Shown here in pieces: positions 52,386 to 64,000 of a stretch of DNA of 64,000 nucleotides. Both the position numbers and the translations under genes were made by a program. The stretch covers positions 21,638,001-21,702,000 of the forward strand of contig CM069159.1 in NCBI GenBank assembly GCA_035221665.1, in the 5' to 3' direction. Numbering within the stretch: the first letter of the stretch is position 1; every line of letters starts with the position of its first letter. The stretch comes from Okamejei kenojei. Its lineage: Eukaryota. The notes beneath the pieces are model-generated. The model searched no databases. It was given only the letters and a program-made list of their open reading frames with translations, and was not told the DNA's origin.

Positions 52386-53425
52386 TTAAAACTTTCTACA
52401 GGAAAGTATATAACACATGAAGGAAAGAAAGCTTGCTGGAGAAAGAGCTAGGGGGTATAACTAATCGATTAATTGTTTCCAGTGATCGGCAACTGGCTTT
52501 GTCCATTGCTTCAGCAAGTTATTTTTTCTAGTATATCTCACAGTGTCCTTTTTAATGATCAACATAACTCTCTAGTTACAACTATAACAAAACAGAAAAA
52601 TGTGGTGATAATCCACATATTTGAAGGATGGTTTTGGGGACAATATATTTTGTCATTTCCCATATGCATGGACACTTTTGTTTAAATGCACCACAAGAAT
52701 TACATTTTGCTTTGGATATTATTCAATAACAGGCCTCTGGAAGGCATAAATTGTCTGAAACTCAAGATATTTTATGCAACAACCAGATTTTCTTCTCAGT
52801 CAGCATTTCCTTTCATCTATGTATTTTTCACTTGCATTAGAGGGAAACATAATATATGGGGTCAGTTATTGCTGAAAGAAACTTTGAAGCTGGCAATCTA
52901 ATTGAAATATATAAAATTCTGAGGGCACTAGCCAGTACGTCAGTTTAAAACATTCCCAATGGTGGCATCTCCAATCTTCCCTTGTACTTCACTAAAATGA
53001 TAGTCATAGAGCCATGCAGCATGGAAACAGGCCCTTCGGCTCAACTTGCCCACACAAACCAACATTTCCCATCTACACTAGCCTTACCAGTCTGCATTTG
53101 GCCCATATCCTTCTAAACCTATCCCATCCACAGTCTATAGTTTTGTGCTCAGATTCATGGAGTGGGACCTGAATCCACAATCTTCTCACTCAGATAATGA
53201 TTCCAAATAGTAAGCAATTTACAAAACAAAAACTGGAAAGCTCAAGCTACCTTTACTTCCCCGATGGGCATGCATTGTATCCCCAATACTAATTAAATAC
53301 AATAATTGAAATCAACCTTGCAGAATACATTTACTAATTATCCAGAAAGAGACAATTTTACGACATTACAGCCATCATCTAATTTTTCATTGAATGCAAG
53401 CAAAAATTGGATGGAGTGTAATATA

Positions 53426-54833
53426 CAGTGCCCTCAATAATGTTCAGGACAAAGACCCATCACTTATTTATTTGCCTCTGTACTCCACAATTTGAGATTT
53501 GTAATAGAAACAATCAAATGTGGTTAAAGTGCACATTGTCAGATTTTAATAAATGCCATTTTAAATCATATTGGTTTCACCATGTAGAAATCACAGCAGT
53601 GTTTATACATAGTCCCCCCCATTTCAGGGCACCATAATGTTTGGGACACGGCAATGTCATGTAAATGAAAGTAGTCATGTTTAGTATTTTGTTGCATATC
53701 CTTTGCATGCAATGACTGCTTGAAGTCTGCGATTCATGGACATCACCAGTTGCTGCGCGTCTTCTCTGGTGATGCTCTGCCAAACCAGTATTAGAGACAT
53801 ATTTAACTTATGCTTATTTTGGGGCTGGTCCCCTTCAGTTTTCTCTTCAGCATATAAAAGGCATGCTCAATTGGGTTCAGATTGGGTGATTGACTTGGCC
53901 ACTCTAGAATTGACCATTTTTTAGCTTTGAAAAACTCCTTTGTTACTTTAGAAGTGTGTTTGGGATCATTGTCTTGCTGTAGAATGAACTGCCAGCCAAT
54001 GAGTTTAGAGGCATTTGTTGAACTTGAGCAGATAGAATGTGTCTATACACTTCAAAATTCATTATGCTACTACCCTCAGCAGTTGTATCATCAATGAAGA
54101 TAAGTGAGCCAGTACCTTCAGCAGCAACACATGCCCAGGCCATAACACCCCCACCACCGTGTTTCACAGATGAGATGGTATGCTTTGGATCTTTGGCAGT
54201 TCTATTCTCCTCCATACTTTGCACTTGCTATCACTCTGATATAAGTTAATTTTCGTCTCATTTGTCCACAAGCCCTTTTTTCCAGAGCTGTGGCTTCTCT
54301 TTTAAGTACTTCTTGGCAAACTGTAACCCTGCCATCCTATTTTCGCGGCTAACCAGTGGTTTGCATCTTGTATTGCAACCTCTATATTTCTGTTCATGAA
54401 GTCTTCTGCGGACAGTGGTCATTGATAAATCCTCACCTGACTCCTGAACAATGTTTCCGATCTGTCGGACAGGTGTTTTGGGGAGGGGGGGTTCTTTATT
54501 ATAGAGAGAATTCTGTCATCAGCTGTGGAGGTCCTCCTTGGCCTGCCAGTCCCTTTGCGATTAGTAAGATCACCAGTGCTCTCTTTCTTCTTAATGATGT
54601 TCCAAACAGTTGATTTTGGTAAGCCTAAGGTTTGGCTGATGTCTCTAATAGTTTTATTTTTGTTTCTCAGTCTCATAATGGCTTCTTTGACTTTCATTGA
54701 CACAACTTTGGTCCTCCTGTTGATAAACAGCAATAAAAGTTTCCAAAGGCGATGGAAAGACTGGAGGAAAGACGAGGTGCTGAGCACTCCCTTATACGTG
54801 GATTAAGGAGTCAATTAAACAAACTTGAGCAAT
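53426..54833 (-). mobile_element. Second Tc1-like copy (same family), lacking the right-hand TIR
   Basis: TA|CAGTGCCCTC start; colinear with 45091-46506; peptides VKHGGGGVMAWAC and GTGRPRRTS; the start ATG is mutated to AGG; homology stops at about 54833. Confidence 0.93.
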
Positions 54834-55242
54834 AAGCGAGGTTGGTATACTGACTGCGCATGCCCAGGTCATAGGTCATTTGTGATAAACAGCTGACCTG
54901 CTGCGTGTATACAGACCTACGTTTCATCCGTAGTCAGGATCGAACCCGGGTCTCCGGCACTGCAAGTGCTGTTGAATTGCTACTGGAGTTAGATAAAGTA
55001 GAATAAGTGCGAACGGGTATTCTCACTACCGTCCCTGTCCCCTCCCGAGTGTCCCATCCCTGTCCAAGGTGGCCAGAGATGTCCGGGGTGATGGGACAGC
55101 CAGCGCTGACTCCAGCTCAACTCTGCTCCAACTCCCGAGGAACCCGTTCCCCGATGGGCCAGGGACCGTCAGCTGCACCTCTCGCCTATCCAGTGGTTAA
55201 CCCTCTCGGTGCTGGCTAAAGCCGAGCACCAGTCATCAATGT

Positions 55243-55419
55243 GGATACACACAAAATGCTGCAGTAACCCAACGGGTCAAGCAACATCTCTGGAGAAGGG
55301 TCTCGACCCGAAACATCACCTATTCCATTTCTCCAAAGATGCTGCCTGTCCCACTGAGTTACTCCAGCAAGTTGTGTCTACCTTCGGTGTAAACCATTAT
55401 CTGGAGTTCCTTCCTACAA
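55243..55419. repeat. Foldback Penelope-derived repeat inside the HTRA2-like segment
   Basis: ACACAAAATGCTGCAGTAAC...GGGTCTCGACCCGAAACATCACC...GTTACTCCAGC...TGTGTCTA. Confidence 0.85.
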
Positions 55420-55665
55420 AGCGACGACTGTCGGCGGGTAAAGGCGAGGCTATGGCAGGGTCTGGGGGTGGTGGCGCTGTTGCTCCGGGCCCGCGGGGAG
55501 AAAGAGGAGCGGGACCGCGGGCAAGGACTAGGCCGCAGCCTCGGCCTCTCCCTCCCCTGGCTCCAGGCCGCTTGGCCCGACCCGCCTCAAGTACAACTTC
55601 ATCGCCAACATGGTGGAGAAAACGGGGCCGGCGGTGGTTTACATCTAGATCGCAGGGCGGTGAGG
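55420..55665 (+). pseudogene. HTRA2: Orphan HTRA2-like (HtrA/Omi serine protease) exon-1 fragment with splice donor
   Basis: 55583-55659 reads RLKYNFIANMVEKTGPAVVYI*IAGR, versus recalled HTRA2 [23 protein letters not shown]. It is followed by CG|GTGAGG. There is an in-frame TAG at 55646-55648 and a frameshift near 55580. An upstream frame gives a hydrophobic stretch GLGVVALLL. No downstream HtrA exons were seen. Confidence 0.85.
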
Positions 55666-56226
55666 AGGGAGCGTGGTGGAGAAGGGGAATAGAGGGGGAG
55701 GAGGGGTGATAGAGGGCAAGGAGGGGGTGAGTGGGGGATAGAGGGAGAGGCGGCGGGGAGAGGGATGAGGAGAGGGATGGGGAGAGGGATGAGGAGAGAG
55801 GGACTGCGGCATCATATTCATCTTAAATTGTCTGTGTCTAGTGGGATTTGGATTTGGGATTTTACAATCACTGCACATTGCCATATTTCATGTGTTTCCT
55901 GCAAGTTGACATGTATATGAAGGTCCCAATCTATCATACCAAAAAGTAGTTTTTTTCCAGATTTTTTTATATACTATTAATTTTGCATACATTTATTTAC
56001 CTAATTCATCATCACGCAATTTACCCTCTTCCACCTACTTCATCTGGATATTAAAACTTAATTGTGGAACTTGGGTTGATCATTGCAACAAATTATGTCA
56101 GTGGAGAGAACATACTTGCTTGCACTTTACACAATACAGACAATGGCAAACTAGAAATTACCATTTTCTCCTTTGCAAATGCCAAATACAGGCAGAAGGT
56201 ATTCAAAGTGGTACTATTAGCAATAA

Positions 56227-56357
56227 CTGAAGAAGGGTCTCGACCCAAAACATCACCCATTCCTTCACTCCAGAGGTGCTGCCTGTCCCGCTGAGTTACT
56301 CCGGCTTTTTGTGTCTAACTACAGTTTAAAGCAGCATCTGCATTTCCTTCTTACACA
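56227..56357 (+). repeat. Penelope-derived short repeat
   Basis: CTGAAGAAGGGTCTCGACCCAAAACATCACCCATTCC. Confidence 0.8.
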
Positions 56358-56809
56358 TTATTATTTAATCTTCTTGCACAAAATTCTGATTTAATTTCCT
56401 TAGTTAAAAGAGATTACATTATTTTGAAAATCTATTTCAATCTTTAACATTAAGTGCTGGAGTAATCAGCAGATCAGATTGTGACTGATTGTTGCTTCAA
56501 CAAGATTCCAGCAACTGCAATTCCTTGTGCTGATCTCATTTTGATGATGGTATCATTGTATGAAGCTAAAATTATTTATCAGCTGCACATTTATGAATTT
56601 TGTCAGACGCAAATGTGAACCTCCTTAAGAATCAGATTGCAGGTTGCCAGCTCCAACAATTAGAAATAATAACAATAATATTTGATTTGCAACTTGTAAA
56701 TTAAAAACATTAAGCATTTGAGCTACATATCAACTGCTGTTCCCCAACATCTTAATGGTTAATTGTAGTGCTTGACACCATGTCATTTCTTACTGAAAAA
56801 GTGGCCAGA

Positions 56810-57595
56810 TTGGATCCCTTGTCAATTCTTCCCTCCCCTCCCGCTATACCCCTTTCCCGGGCACTTTCCCTTGCAACCGCAAGAAATGCAACACTTGTCC
56901 CTTCACCTCCCCCCTCCACTCCTTTCAGGGACCCAAGCAGTACTTCCAGGTCCGACAGAGGTTCACCTGCATCTCCTCCAACCTCATCTACTGCATCCGC
57001 TGTTCCAGATGATCTATATCGGTGAGACCAAGCGGAGGCTTGGCGATCGTTTCGCCGAACACCTCCGCTCGGTCCGCAAAAACCAACCCGACCTCCCGGT
57101 GGCTCAGCACTTCAACTCCCCCTCCCATTTCGTATCCGACCTCTCGGTCCTGGGCCTCCTCCACGGCCAGAGTGAGCAACACCGCAAGTTGGAGGAACAG
57201 CACCTCATATTCCGCTTGGGTAGTCTGCATCCTTTGGGCTTGAACATTGAATTTTCTCAATTCTGTTAACCCTTGCTGTCTCCTCCCCTTCCCACCTCTC
57301 CCTCAGCCCTCGGGCCCTGGCATTCCCTCTATCTCTATCTCCCTCCCCCACCCTAGTCACACTAGCTTCTCATTTTCACACCACAAACAGCTTACAATGG
57401 CTTGTTCCCTTTATCAGATACTTTTTTGCATATCTTTCATTCATTGTTCTTTATCTTTCCACATCACCGTCTATATCTCTCGTTTCCCTGATCCCTGACC
57501 AGTCTGAAGAAGGGTCTCGAACCGAAACGTCGCCTATCTCCTTCGCTCCTTAGATGCTGCTGCACCCACTGAGTTTCTCCAGCTTTTTGTGTAAA
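56810..57595 (+). mobile_element. Penelope-like retroelement 3' part: GIY-YIG endonuclease, UTR and pseudo-LTR
   Basis: PGTFPCNRKKCNTC linker, NLIYCIRC, YIGETKRRLGDRFAEH...VAQHFNS...GLNIEFSQF; the terminal repeat starts near 57500. Confidence 0.93.
57504..57531 (+). ncRNA. Minimal hammerhead ribozyme-like core of the Penelope pseudo-LTR
   Basis: CTGAAGA-A-GGGTCTCGAACC-GAAAC-GTC. The catalytic boxes are intact, stem II has one mismatch, and stem I is weak. Confidence 0.55.
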
Positions 57596-57666
57596 GCTTG
57601 GATTCCTTGTCTGTATTCAGTCCAATAATTACTTAACAAGGACCCTTCAGTCTCCATGATGACCTA

Positions 57667-59130
57667 CAGGGCTCTCACTTAACTTTTTTTCTCTGTTACC
57701 AGCCGGGCAACCCTGGCAGCTTTTTAAGTTGCCAAATGACAGTTTAGGTGGTCATTTAAGACGGCTTGCATGACGCGTGCGATAATGTGCTCGAACGAAG
57801 TGCGTAGTTACCAGTCGGAATTATAGTCAATGAAGCATTCACATATTATTTTTGCTTCAAATAAAGTCACAAACTAAACATATTCACCAATCAAGACATG
57901 ATATACCACATGTGCACATATATGCAGCAAAATTATAATACAGTATCTCAACTCTTTTTACACATTGCAATGAATGCAATTTCTATTATTTCTTTCCAAT
58001 TCCAAACAAAAATGCGGTTGGATTATTCAGCGTATGATCAACCTGTGTCAATACATCCTGGACCATGGTAACATATATGCTTAACCATGCACACTACAGA
58101 TTGATGCAAGCATGTTTTCTGTGAAGGACCGACAATCATCATGACATGGCCATAGCATGAGTCTTTTCCTCTTGAATCTTCAATCATCAATCTCTGCTGT
58201 GCCCAGTCACAGCAAGGTAAGTTGATAAAGAATTGAATCGATCTGTTTGACACCTTTGAAGGTAGACACAGTAACAACATCAAGAGGGGGAAAATAGATA
58301 CATAATATATCCCTTCTGCTCTAGGTTTTTGTAATTTAAAAGAAACAAAGAGAATGGAAGTGTACTTTGATTTTCTTTTTCTTGTAACATACTTGTTACT
58401 GTATTATTATTATTATTACCTAACCAGACCGATACCATACTTTTGAATGTACATAGTACCTCTTTTATTCTGTGCCCACTAAGAAGATGAGTGATGGAAG
58501 TAGGTGACTATATTGAATCAATCGTGGAACCTGGCAAGTGAGATTGCCCAGAAAATGACTGAAGTGGTTTAAAAAATACAAAAAAATTGATGGGGGGGGG
58601 GGGGGAGAGGATATCAACTTTAAATGAACAGAAACATTATATTTGTGAGAACATGTAACTTTTCTGCTTGATATTTAAACCCTCGCCTGAAAAGCAAAGT
58701 AAGGACAGAGCTGTTCAAATACATGTAAAAGTCACTTTAATTGTCATCTGAGTCACTCTCGAGCAGAGCATCCTCCTCATCAGACTTGTCACTGTCAGGG
58801 TGAGGTCCCGAGGCAGATGCTGCAGCTGGGTCTTCTCCCGTGTCAGGCCTCCTTGCCCTCATCCCTCCTGCATGGCTTGTGATGTTACAGAGTCCTTGAC
58901 ATCCGTCAGCTGGTCGTCCTGGAGGGAACTTCTGAAGGTAGTCTCAGCTCAGTCTCAGCTGAACGTGCCGGTATAGTAAGGACAAGGTCAAGGAGAGTGC
59001 AAATGTTGGGTAACTCTTCTGGTGTGGGACTTCAGGAACACCATGCTGTATCACAACAACCCTTTCAGCAATATGGCTGGTACTTGGCACTACACTGGAG
59101 CATTAGGGGGAGCTTCAATGTCCAAATTTC
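57667..59130 (-). mobile_element. Internally deleted hAT-like transposon remnant
   Basis: CAGGGCTCTCACTTAAC terminus; 59022-58737 encodes PEELPNICTLLDLVLTIPARSAETE...FRSSLQDDQLTD (hAT dimerisation-like) plus an acidic tail. The right end is uncertain. Confidence 0.65.
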
Positions 59131-59171
59131 GGGGTGGGTTTCTGATGAAAAAGTGGGGGAGGACTGGTAAG

Positions 59172-59270
59172 CGAGAGACAGAGAGAGACAGAAAAAGCAG
59201 AGACAGAGATAGACAGAGATGGAGACATAGACTGAGAGACAGAGACAGATAGGAAGACAGGGACAGAGGC
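59172..59270. repeat. Imperfect (AGAGAC)n microsatellite
   Basis: Read directly from the sequence. Confidence 0.85.
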
Positions 59271-59365
59271 AGGCATATGGATAGGACAGGTTTGGAGGGA
59301 TATGGACCAAACGCGGGCAGGTGGCTCTGCTGTTTCTCTCCCCCACCTGTGGGGTGAGGGATTTA

Positions 59366-59576
59366 AGGGCCTGTCCCACTTGGACGACATTTTCGGCGTC
59401 AGTCTGAAAAGAGTTTGTCGCGTCGTGGTCGGGTCGTGACGCATGTAGTGACGTGCGGTGTCTTCCTGTCGCCCAGGATTTTGGAATGTTCAAAATCCAG
59501 GGGCGACATTTGGGTGTCTCATCATGTCATGTGCCTTGTCACACGCTGATGTATGCTGACCCTGCAGGTGACGACC
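59366..59576. mobile_element. Harbinger-type MITE, left end only
   Basis: TTA|AGGGCCTGTCCCACTTG TIR; no partner TIR seen. Confidence 0.7.
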
Positions 59577-62010
59577 GGTTAGGGTTAGGGACCACAGATG
59601 GGCTGTAAAATAGTCTTCCTTCAATGCATGGATTTTAAACATTAATATATTAAAATTAATACAATAAAATCAATTGTGCAAATGAAAAGATGTCTGAATC
59701 ATTCAGTTTTATTTTGTATTGGTCCGCTTCCAGATCCAAATCACCATCCCTAACTTTTCACAGGTATGGTTTCAGTGAGTGTAGACTGAACTCCCCTCTC
59801 GCCTCTCCCCCCCTCCTGCCCCCATCCCTCCTTCTCCACACCCCCCCACCCTTCTCCCTTCCCATCTCTCCCCCTTCCTCCTCCCAGCTCCACTCTATTC
59901 CCCCTTCTCCACTCCCCCCCCTCCCACATCCTCTTCTCCCCCCTTCTCCCATTTTTCACCCCCCCCCACTTCCCCGACCCCCCCCATTTGTGGAACCAGC
60001 ATGTGACAGCTAGATCCCATTAATAGTACTGCACAAAGTCTACTCCACATCATCTGTTTTAGTAACATTGACTATGGGATAAATGCAAACTTTAGGAACA
60101 ACACTCCCCACCTCCCCCGCCTTGCTTCAAAATGGGTGGTGGGTATTTAAACTCAGTGGCCGGAGCAGGTGGGTGGCACTGGTACATTGACAACATTGCC
60201 TGCACCCAGTTGAAAAGCCCGCTGCCTCTGGGGGTTTGGAGAGACCATTGGAAGAGAGATCTGCCTCTCAGACAACTCGTGACCAACAGTTTAGTTCACA
60301 TGCATAATATTGGGGGTTCGACTCCAACCCCTGGGGCCACTGTGTCACATTTACTTCAGAGAAACAGTGCCCTTCAGCCCACCGAGTCCACACCGACTAG
60401 CGATCCCCCACACACTATCCCACACACGTTAGGGACAATTTATAAATATCAAGCCTATCAACCTAGAGTTAGGGTTAGGATTACGTCCCGCACACCAAAA
60501 GTTTGTATAAATTGTCCCTAGCATGTGTGGGATAGTGTGCGGGGGATCGCTGGTCACAGACTGGGTCCACAAAGTGCAGGGGGGGGGGGGGGGGGTTGGT
60601 TGGAGAAGGGAGGGAGAGGGGGAGAGGGTATGTGAAGGGAATGGGGGGGGGGGGGGGGTTAGTGGAGTATGGGAAGAAAAGTGGAGTGGGGAGAAGGGAG
60701 GAAGAGGAGGTAAGGGAAGAAGGAAGAAGGGAAGAAGTGGTTCAGGCGCTCGACACCGCTGCAAATTGTTCCGTTACTGTTGTATCCTTAACCGTTAATT
60801 TCGAGCCCCGAGTCTATCAGTACAGATCCACCAATCTTAGCAGCCATCCGTTAGTGCTGTCAAACAGCCAACTTTTATGTGCGAGTCAGAATAGTGCATA
60901 TAACTATTCAGCCATGGGATGTTTCCGTCAACAATGTCCTCATCCAAAATCAAAAAATGCAAACATCCTTGGGATGGAATCACTAGGAAAGACTCAGAAG
61001 AACTCCTGGATGAGTTCTCCCTCCAATTTGGCAATGGATGCCAAGGATGACACGGGTAATCTACCATAACCACAACAAGATCAACTAAAACAACACGGTC
61101 ATTTAATCTTGTAATTCTTCACAGTGGCTCATTCTTAACAACTGCAAATGCTACATTTATTTCCTCAGGAGTCAAAGAGATTCAGTGTGCCTTTGGCTTC
61201 ACTTTGTTTTAGGTTATTTTAGAAACGCAGAGACCAGCTGTTTTTTGAAGCAGGGAATGGCATGATGGCAGTGACTTGTTAATCACAACTTTAAGAATAT
61301 AATGAATACCACAAGATTCTGAAATATAACGTTAGAGTTGTCAGAAATAGCTGGCTGGATATGCAGAATCGAGCATGCAAAACTAGATACTTTTCTATTA
61401 TTTTTCTAGGTTAACGTAAGTTAAAATTATTCAATTGTACGTTTTTTTATAAATATTTTCTAAAATGTCAAAGTATATCTTCAGTTAATGATAATTAATC
61501 AACCTAAAGGAATATAATTACAAAAGTCAATTCTAACATGAATTCTTATAAAAACTAAAGACAACTTGAATGTACAACAATACCAAAGTTGAATGTACTT
61601 CTAAATGTTTATCTTACTGTCAAAACTATAATCACAATTTTTATAATTGTATTGGTGAATCATTTCAGCCACAAATTCAATTAAATTGATCACTATTTAA
61701 TAAATTTACCTTTGCAATTTTTTCAGCATTTACAGAATCATTACAAATAACACTACAGTTACGGACAGAGTCATTATAATTTTAGAATGTAGATTTCATG
61801 TATTCTTCTAAAAAAAATGAAGGAAATATTTAAATACACAACAAAATATTTAATTTGCATGTATCTGATAAGAAATTGCTTACTTACCTGAAATTATTGT
61901 ATAGCTTGATTTTGAAATCAGCCACTATAGCAATGCTGACCTTTCCAACACATTTGATTATTAAAATGACTTTACCTTACTTCCAAAGTAACGATGTCCT
62001 GCTCAACTGT

Positions 62011-62040
62011 CACACACGCACACACACACACACACACACA
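62011..62040. repeat. (CA)n microsatellite
   Basis: Read directly from the sequence. Confidence 0.95.
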
Positions 62041-62977
62041 GCCAGTTACGAAGTGTTGTATCAAGGGCAGGGCATGAAATAATACCTGTTGCACTGGAAA
62101 TGACTGCTGAGTGACCATACGGTGATAACATCACTAGAAATGATAAATGTTCCAAAGCCATCAGATTATATAACAGCTGGCCCTCTGGATAAAATGGTCT
62201 CACTGACACACTACACAACACAGCAATTTTAAAGGAATAGTCAATGCAGTGCAATGCTGCTGCTGATTCGATGTCCCTGGCACAACCTATAACAGATGGA
62301 AGCCTTATTGTAGTTCTGAAACATTCAACTTAAAACCTGCAGGATCTTAACAGACTAAAGTCTCTCCAAAGAAAAACATCAATTATGTTAACAAATCAGT
62401 GCCAGAAATATCTATTTCGTGTTCTTGTATCTTTTTTTACCAGTTCTTGTATCCTTGGTTTCATTGAAACCCGCTAATAAAGAGATGGTGCAGTAAAGAT
62501 ATTAGTAAATGGCGATGAAGGTTTCAAGGAATAAGTCCTATGGTAGAATGTGGAAGTTAGCTGCCAGGAATCGGTGGGGGTTAGTGATTGGAGGGCAGCA
62601 ATTGCCAGTAAGGATGATATTTTATTTAATGGCAGGATACCACATCAGTTGTTGCGTGGGTTTGCAAGCTCAACAGTGGTGGAAAGATTGGGGCTTACAC
62701 CACTGAGTAGGAAGGCTTGAAGGAGGAAAAGTAAATAACTTACGTCTGCGGCATTTTTGGCAGCGCTGGAACAAATATTCACTACCTTTACAATCCAAAA
62801 AAAAAAAAAACGTGGGAATTGAACAACGTAGCATCCAAAACAATAACATCACGTGTTCTAATTCTTGAGCTCAGAAATGTTCTGCTTTGATCTAATATAT
62901 TAGCACAAGGATTACTATCGTTTTCCATGGCACAGCTTAAGAATTGATAAACACCTGTAGTTTTACTTAGAGTTATA

Positions 62978-63970
62978 AAGTCACACAGCACTGAAACAGA
63001 TCCTTTAATGCAACCTGCCCATGCTGACCAAACTGCCCATCAACACTAGCCCTGTTCTGCCTGCATTTTAAATGTCCTTTAAATGTTGTTATAGTACCTG
63101 CCTCAACTACTCCTCTAACAGGTCTTTCCATATACCTACCACCCTCTGGGTAAAAATTTTACCGCTCTGGTTCCTATTTAATCTTTCCACTCTCACCTTA
63201 AACTTATATCTTCTGGTTCCTATTACCCTACTCTGGGTAAAAGTCTGTGTGCATGTACCCTGTGATAGATGTGATTCTTATCTATTCCCCTTATGAGTTG
63301 ATGCACCAATATAAGATCATTCCTCATCTCTTGCGCTCCAAAGACTAAAGTCCTAGCCTGCCCAACCTTTCTCTAAACCCAGGCCGTCAATTCCTGGCAA
63401 CATCCTCGCTAATCTTCTCTGCACTCCCTCCAGCTAAACAACATCCTTCCTATCGTAGGCTGACTAATACTGACCACATTACTCCAAATGCAGCCTCACC
63501 AACATATCGTACAACTCTTCTTCTTCTTGCGAAAGAAACATAAACCAAAGGAATAGTTAGATCTCAAGCCAGGTTGTTATATAATATATAACATATAACA
63601 ACCATATATAACAATTACAGCACGGAAACAGGCCCTCTCGGCCCTTCCAGTCCGTGCCGACCATTTGTTTTCCCCTAGTCCCATCTACCTGCATCAATGT
63701 CTGCCAGGCCCTGAGCTCCATTTGGTGGTTGGTAGAGCGGGCACCCAGAGATGACATGGTCGGCAACTGTAACATAACATCCCAATCTACCTGTGACGTC
63801 AATTTCAAAGAACTATTTACCTGCACTCCTCGATCCTTCTGCTTTACAACACTCATCAGGGTCCTGTCAATCACTGTGAAGCTCCTGCCCTGGTTTGACA
63901 TCCAAAAATGCTACACCTTGCACTCATCGGCATGAAACTCCATTAACCATTCCTCTGCACAGTTGTCTAA
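62978..63970 (-). mobile_element. CR1 LINE 3' fragment with a nested short retroposon (about 63585-63760)
   Basis: AGTCACACAGCACTGAAACAG tail; MSNQGRSFTV..TLMSVVKQKDRGVQVNSSLK. Confidence 0.85.
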
Positions 63971-64000
63971 ACTCACTTCTGCAAACTTACTAGTCATGCC

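Noticed and set aside
55209-55709. 166-aa plus-strand ORF
   Set aside because: A chimeric read-through of a Penelope repeat and the wrong frame of the HTRA2-like fragment.
55830-55842. GTGTCTAG|T as a Helitron 3' end closing the HTRA2 capture
   Set aside because: No subterminal hairpin or matching 5' TC end was identified.
59166-59182. GGTAAGCGAGAGAC as the right TIR of the hAT remnant
   Set aside because: Only a partial match that merges into a microsatellite; no 8-bp TSD.
62744-62785. 42-nt minus-strand cassette with a T-rich acceptor and GTAAGT donor
   Set aside because: Gives an immediate TAG in the phase GRAMD1B would need; peptides in the other frames are unrecognised.

Overview
AT-rich, repeat-dense vertebrate genomic DNA. 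The repeat families (HE1/V-type tRNA SINEs, CR1/HER1 LINEs, Penelope-derived short repeats) point to a cartilaginous fish, probably a skate or ray (inference). Almost all of the ORF track is spurious or transposon-derived. The only host coding sequence I recognise is a 23-nt first coding exon on the minus strand (22027-22005, MKGFKLA-C, then GTAAGT). It matches my recollection of the N-terminus of GRAMD1B/Aster-B (human MKGFKLSC-TASNSN), so the window is probably GRAMD1B intronic sequence. The rest is a nested TE landscape: CR1, Rex1/Babar, RTE, Tx1/L1, Penelope-like elements with hammerhead-ribozyme cores, two Tc1 copies, Harbinger MITEs, non-autonomous Helitrons, a hAT remnant and a complete 2.06-kb non-coding LTR element. 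The most unexpected item is an orphan, pseudogenised copy of HTRA2 exon 1 with its splice donor (about 55420-55665), within a GC-rich block that begins at the broken end of a Tc1 element. All identifications are by eye and from memory of the families; repeat boundaries are approximate unless a TIR or TSD is cited. I found no convincing evidence of a wholly new biological system.
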